Shown here one piece after another: positions 62,471-64,000 of a stretch of DNA of 64,000 nucleotides (within the stretch, counting starts at the first letter, position 1; each line of letters begins with the position of its first letter). Source of the stretch: Candidatus Anstonellales archaeon (GTDB taxonomy: Archaea; Micrarchaeota; Micrarchaeia; Anstonellales; J096). A program made the translations under genes and the position numbers. A model generated the notes under the pieces. The model searched no databases, was not told where the DNA came from, and was given only the letters and a program-made list of their open reading frames with translations. The stretch is taken from the NCBI GenBank assembly GCA_038740615.1, contig JAVYLQ010000001.1, forward strand, positions 13,865 through 77,864. Direction: 5' to 3'.

Positions 62471-63240
62471 AAATAGAACTAGATACAGAATTGAATGCAT
62501 ATCAGAATGCTGTCAGATATTTCGAACTAGCTAAGGAATTAAGAAAGAAGCTGGATGGAATGAGAGCTGCTCTACAGGAAATTGATAGGAAGATTGCCGA
62601 GGAGAAGAGAAGGTTGGAGGAGCAGGCCAGAGAGATTGAGAGCCAGAAGAAAGTGATTGTAGAGAAGGAATGGTATGAGAGATTCAATTGGAGTCTAACA
62701 TCATCTGGTAAGTTAGTGCTAATAGGCAAAGATGAACGGCAGAACGAATTCCTGGTTCGTAACTATCTGAAGGATAACGATCTGTTCTTTCATGCTGATA
62801 TTAAAGGATCTGCAGCTGTTATCCTGCTGAATGGCATTCAATCAGATTTAGATGAGAGGTTGGAGGTAGCACAGCTTGCTGCTAGCTATAGTAGAGCCTG
62901 GAAGGAGGGGATAGGTTATGTAAATGTGTATTGTGTAAAAGCTGATCAAGTAACTAAGAGTAGTATGGAAGGTTATCTAGGTACAGGCGGTTTTTTGATA
63001 AAGGGTGAAAGAGAATGGTATAAGAATACACCTCTATCGCTCAAACTTGGTATCAGTAATGGTAAATTGCTTATAGTTTCAGAGTATTATAAATCTCCTC
63101 TGGATAAACAGATCATTCTTATGCCTGGAACAAAATTTTCTAAAGGAGAACTAGCTAAGAGATTAGCTAAATACTATAACATCCATCCAGATGAGTTTCT
63201 AAGCAGATTGCCCGCTGGAGAATATATTATTAGATCCTGA
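62467..63240 (+). CDS. NFACT-R domain protein (truncated Rqc2/NEMF-like)
   Basis: QNA.RYFE..K coiled coil, WYERFNW, GKD..QNE, FHADIKGS, ASYSRAW, GGFLIKG.R. Confidence 0.88.
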   Translation: MKIELDTELNAYQNAVRYFELAKELRKKLDGMRAALQEIDRKIAEEKRRLEEQAREIESQKKVIVEKEWYERFNWSLTSSGKLVLIGKDERQNEFLVRNYLKDNDLFFHADIKGSAAVILLNGIQSDLDERLEVAQLAASYSRAWKEGIGYVNVYCVKADQVTKSSMEGYLGTGGFLIKGEREWYKNTPLSLKLGISNGKLLIVSEYYKSPLDKQIILMPGTKFSKGELAKRLAKYYNIHPDEFLSRLPAGEYIIRS

Positions 63241-64000
63241 GTAACATCTTCTCCCTCCAATATTCCACTTCTAACATATCCCTAAACTCAGGTAAATCGT
63301 ATCCTACTTTTATGATAGAGAATCCTTTTAGATTGTAATTAGATATAAATTTCTCTGTTAGATTGTTTATATCATTTATAAAATATCTTGGAATATAAAA
63401 TCTTTCATCTTTCAAATATCCTGTTTCCAATCTTTCAAAGATATCCACAGATGGTCCGGGGATTAGTTCTGCATACTCTATCTTAGACATAATTGGGATT
63501 CCTCCTAGATATGCATATTTGTCTCTAACCAAAACATGAAGATACTCTATGAATATCTTATTCTTCTCAAGATAATCCCTCCATGCCTTACCAATTCTCC
63601 GTAACATACCATATGATTTATCCTCTAATTCGTACGGATTACTCAAGAGTATCCCAAATTCACCAGATCTATTCTCCCTACCTATATGGAAATACTGCTC
63701 AGAAGGAGATTTGATAAATCCTCTAGAATACACAATGAATCTAGATAGTGTTGATAGGGATACAGCTGCTCCAGCATTTCTATTAGCATCTGTTGGGTCT
63801 ATCACAATCAGAGGATCAGAAAATTCCTTCTCAGATTTCGTCTCCAGCTCAATTCTAACCGGAATTTTCCATTTGCTCGCAGATTCCAATACTGATAGAA
63901 AACTCCCATATTTAATTATCAGTAATTCACATAAGTATCCGGAGAAACCATTCACTCGATTATCAGCCCCATATAACCCTAAAGTCTTCATAAACCTCTT
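63230..64000 (-). CDS. cca: CCA-adding enzyme, archaeal class I, partial (5' end beyond window)
   Basis: GLYGAD..V.GFSGYLCELLII.YGSF, PLIVIDPTD.NRN..AAVS. Confidence 0.92.
   Translation of the reverse strand, partial: KRFMKTLGLYGADNRVNGFSGYLCELLIIKYGSFLSVLESASKWKIPVRIELETKSEKEFSDPLIVIDPTDANRNAGAAVSLSTLSRFIVYSRGFIKSPSEQYFHIGRENRSGEFGILLSNPYELEDKSYGMLRRIGKAWRDYLEKNKIFIEYLHVLVRDKYAYLGGIPIMSKIEYAELIPGPSVDIFERLETGYLKDERFYIPRYFINDINNLTEKFISNYNLKGFSIIKVGYDLPEFRDMLEVEYWREKMLLRI

Overview
A 64-kb, AT-rich, extremely gene-dense segment of an archaeal chromosome. Gene content and divergence point to a streamlined DPANN-type archaeon, most plausibly Micrarchaeota-like and possibly thermophilic (inference). 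It is mostly housekeeping. An RNA polymerase operon (rpoH-rpoB unsplit-rpoA1-rpoA2-rpl30e-nusA) runs straight into the exosome operon (SBDS-rrp4-rrp41-rrp42-rpl37ae), while rps12-rps7 lie separately. Also present are ThrRS, GlyRS, PheRS alpha/beta, aIF5B, SRP54, FtsZ, DnaG, RNase Z, RNase HII, Alba, fibrillarin, Nop5, Trm56, CCA-adding enzyme, isoprenoid/glycosylation genes (class II HMG-CoA reductase, MvaD-family decarboxylase, GGR, UppS, AglH-like, GlmS), a stand-alone 5S rRNA, tRNA-Tyr with a 16-nt intron and tRNA-Leu. No CRISPR array, IS element or provirus was seen. The best items missed or unexplained by the ORF track are: a RelA/SpoT-type synthetase coupled to an 8-oxoG glycosylase; a convergent pair of remote isocyanide-synthase (PvcA/Dit1)-like proteins; a cysteine-free putative Rpo12 (RpoP); a Cys-rich lipoprotein with an apparently inactivated lytic-transglycosylase domain; a C/D-box sRNA followed by a 33-aa membrane ORF; an SD-led MPKKKKK micro-ORF; a structured dnaG leader; a probable non-catalytic tRNA-splicing endonuclease subunit; and altered decoding-centre motifs in uS12. 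All family calls come from motif recognition by eye; no database search was run.
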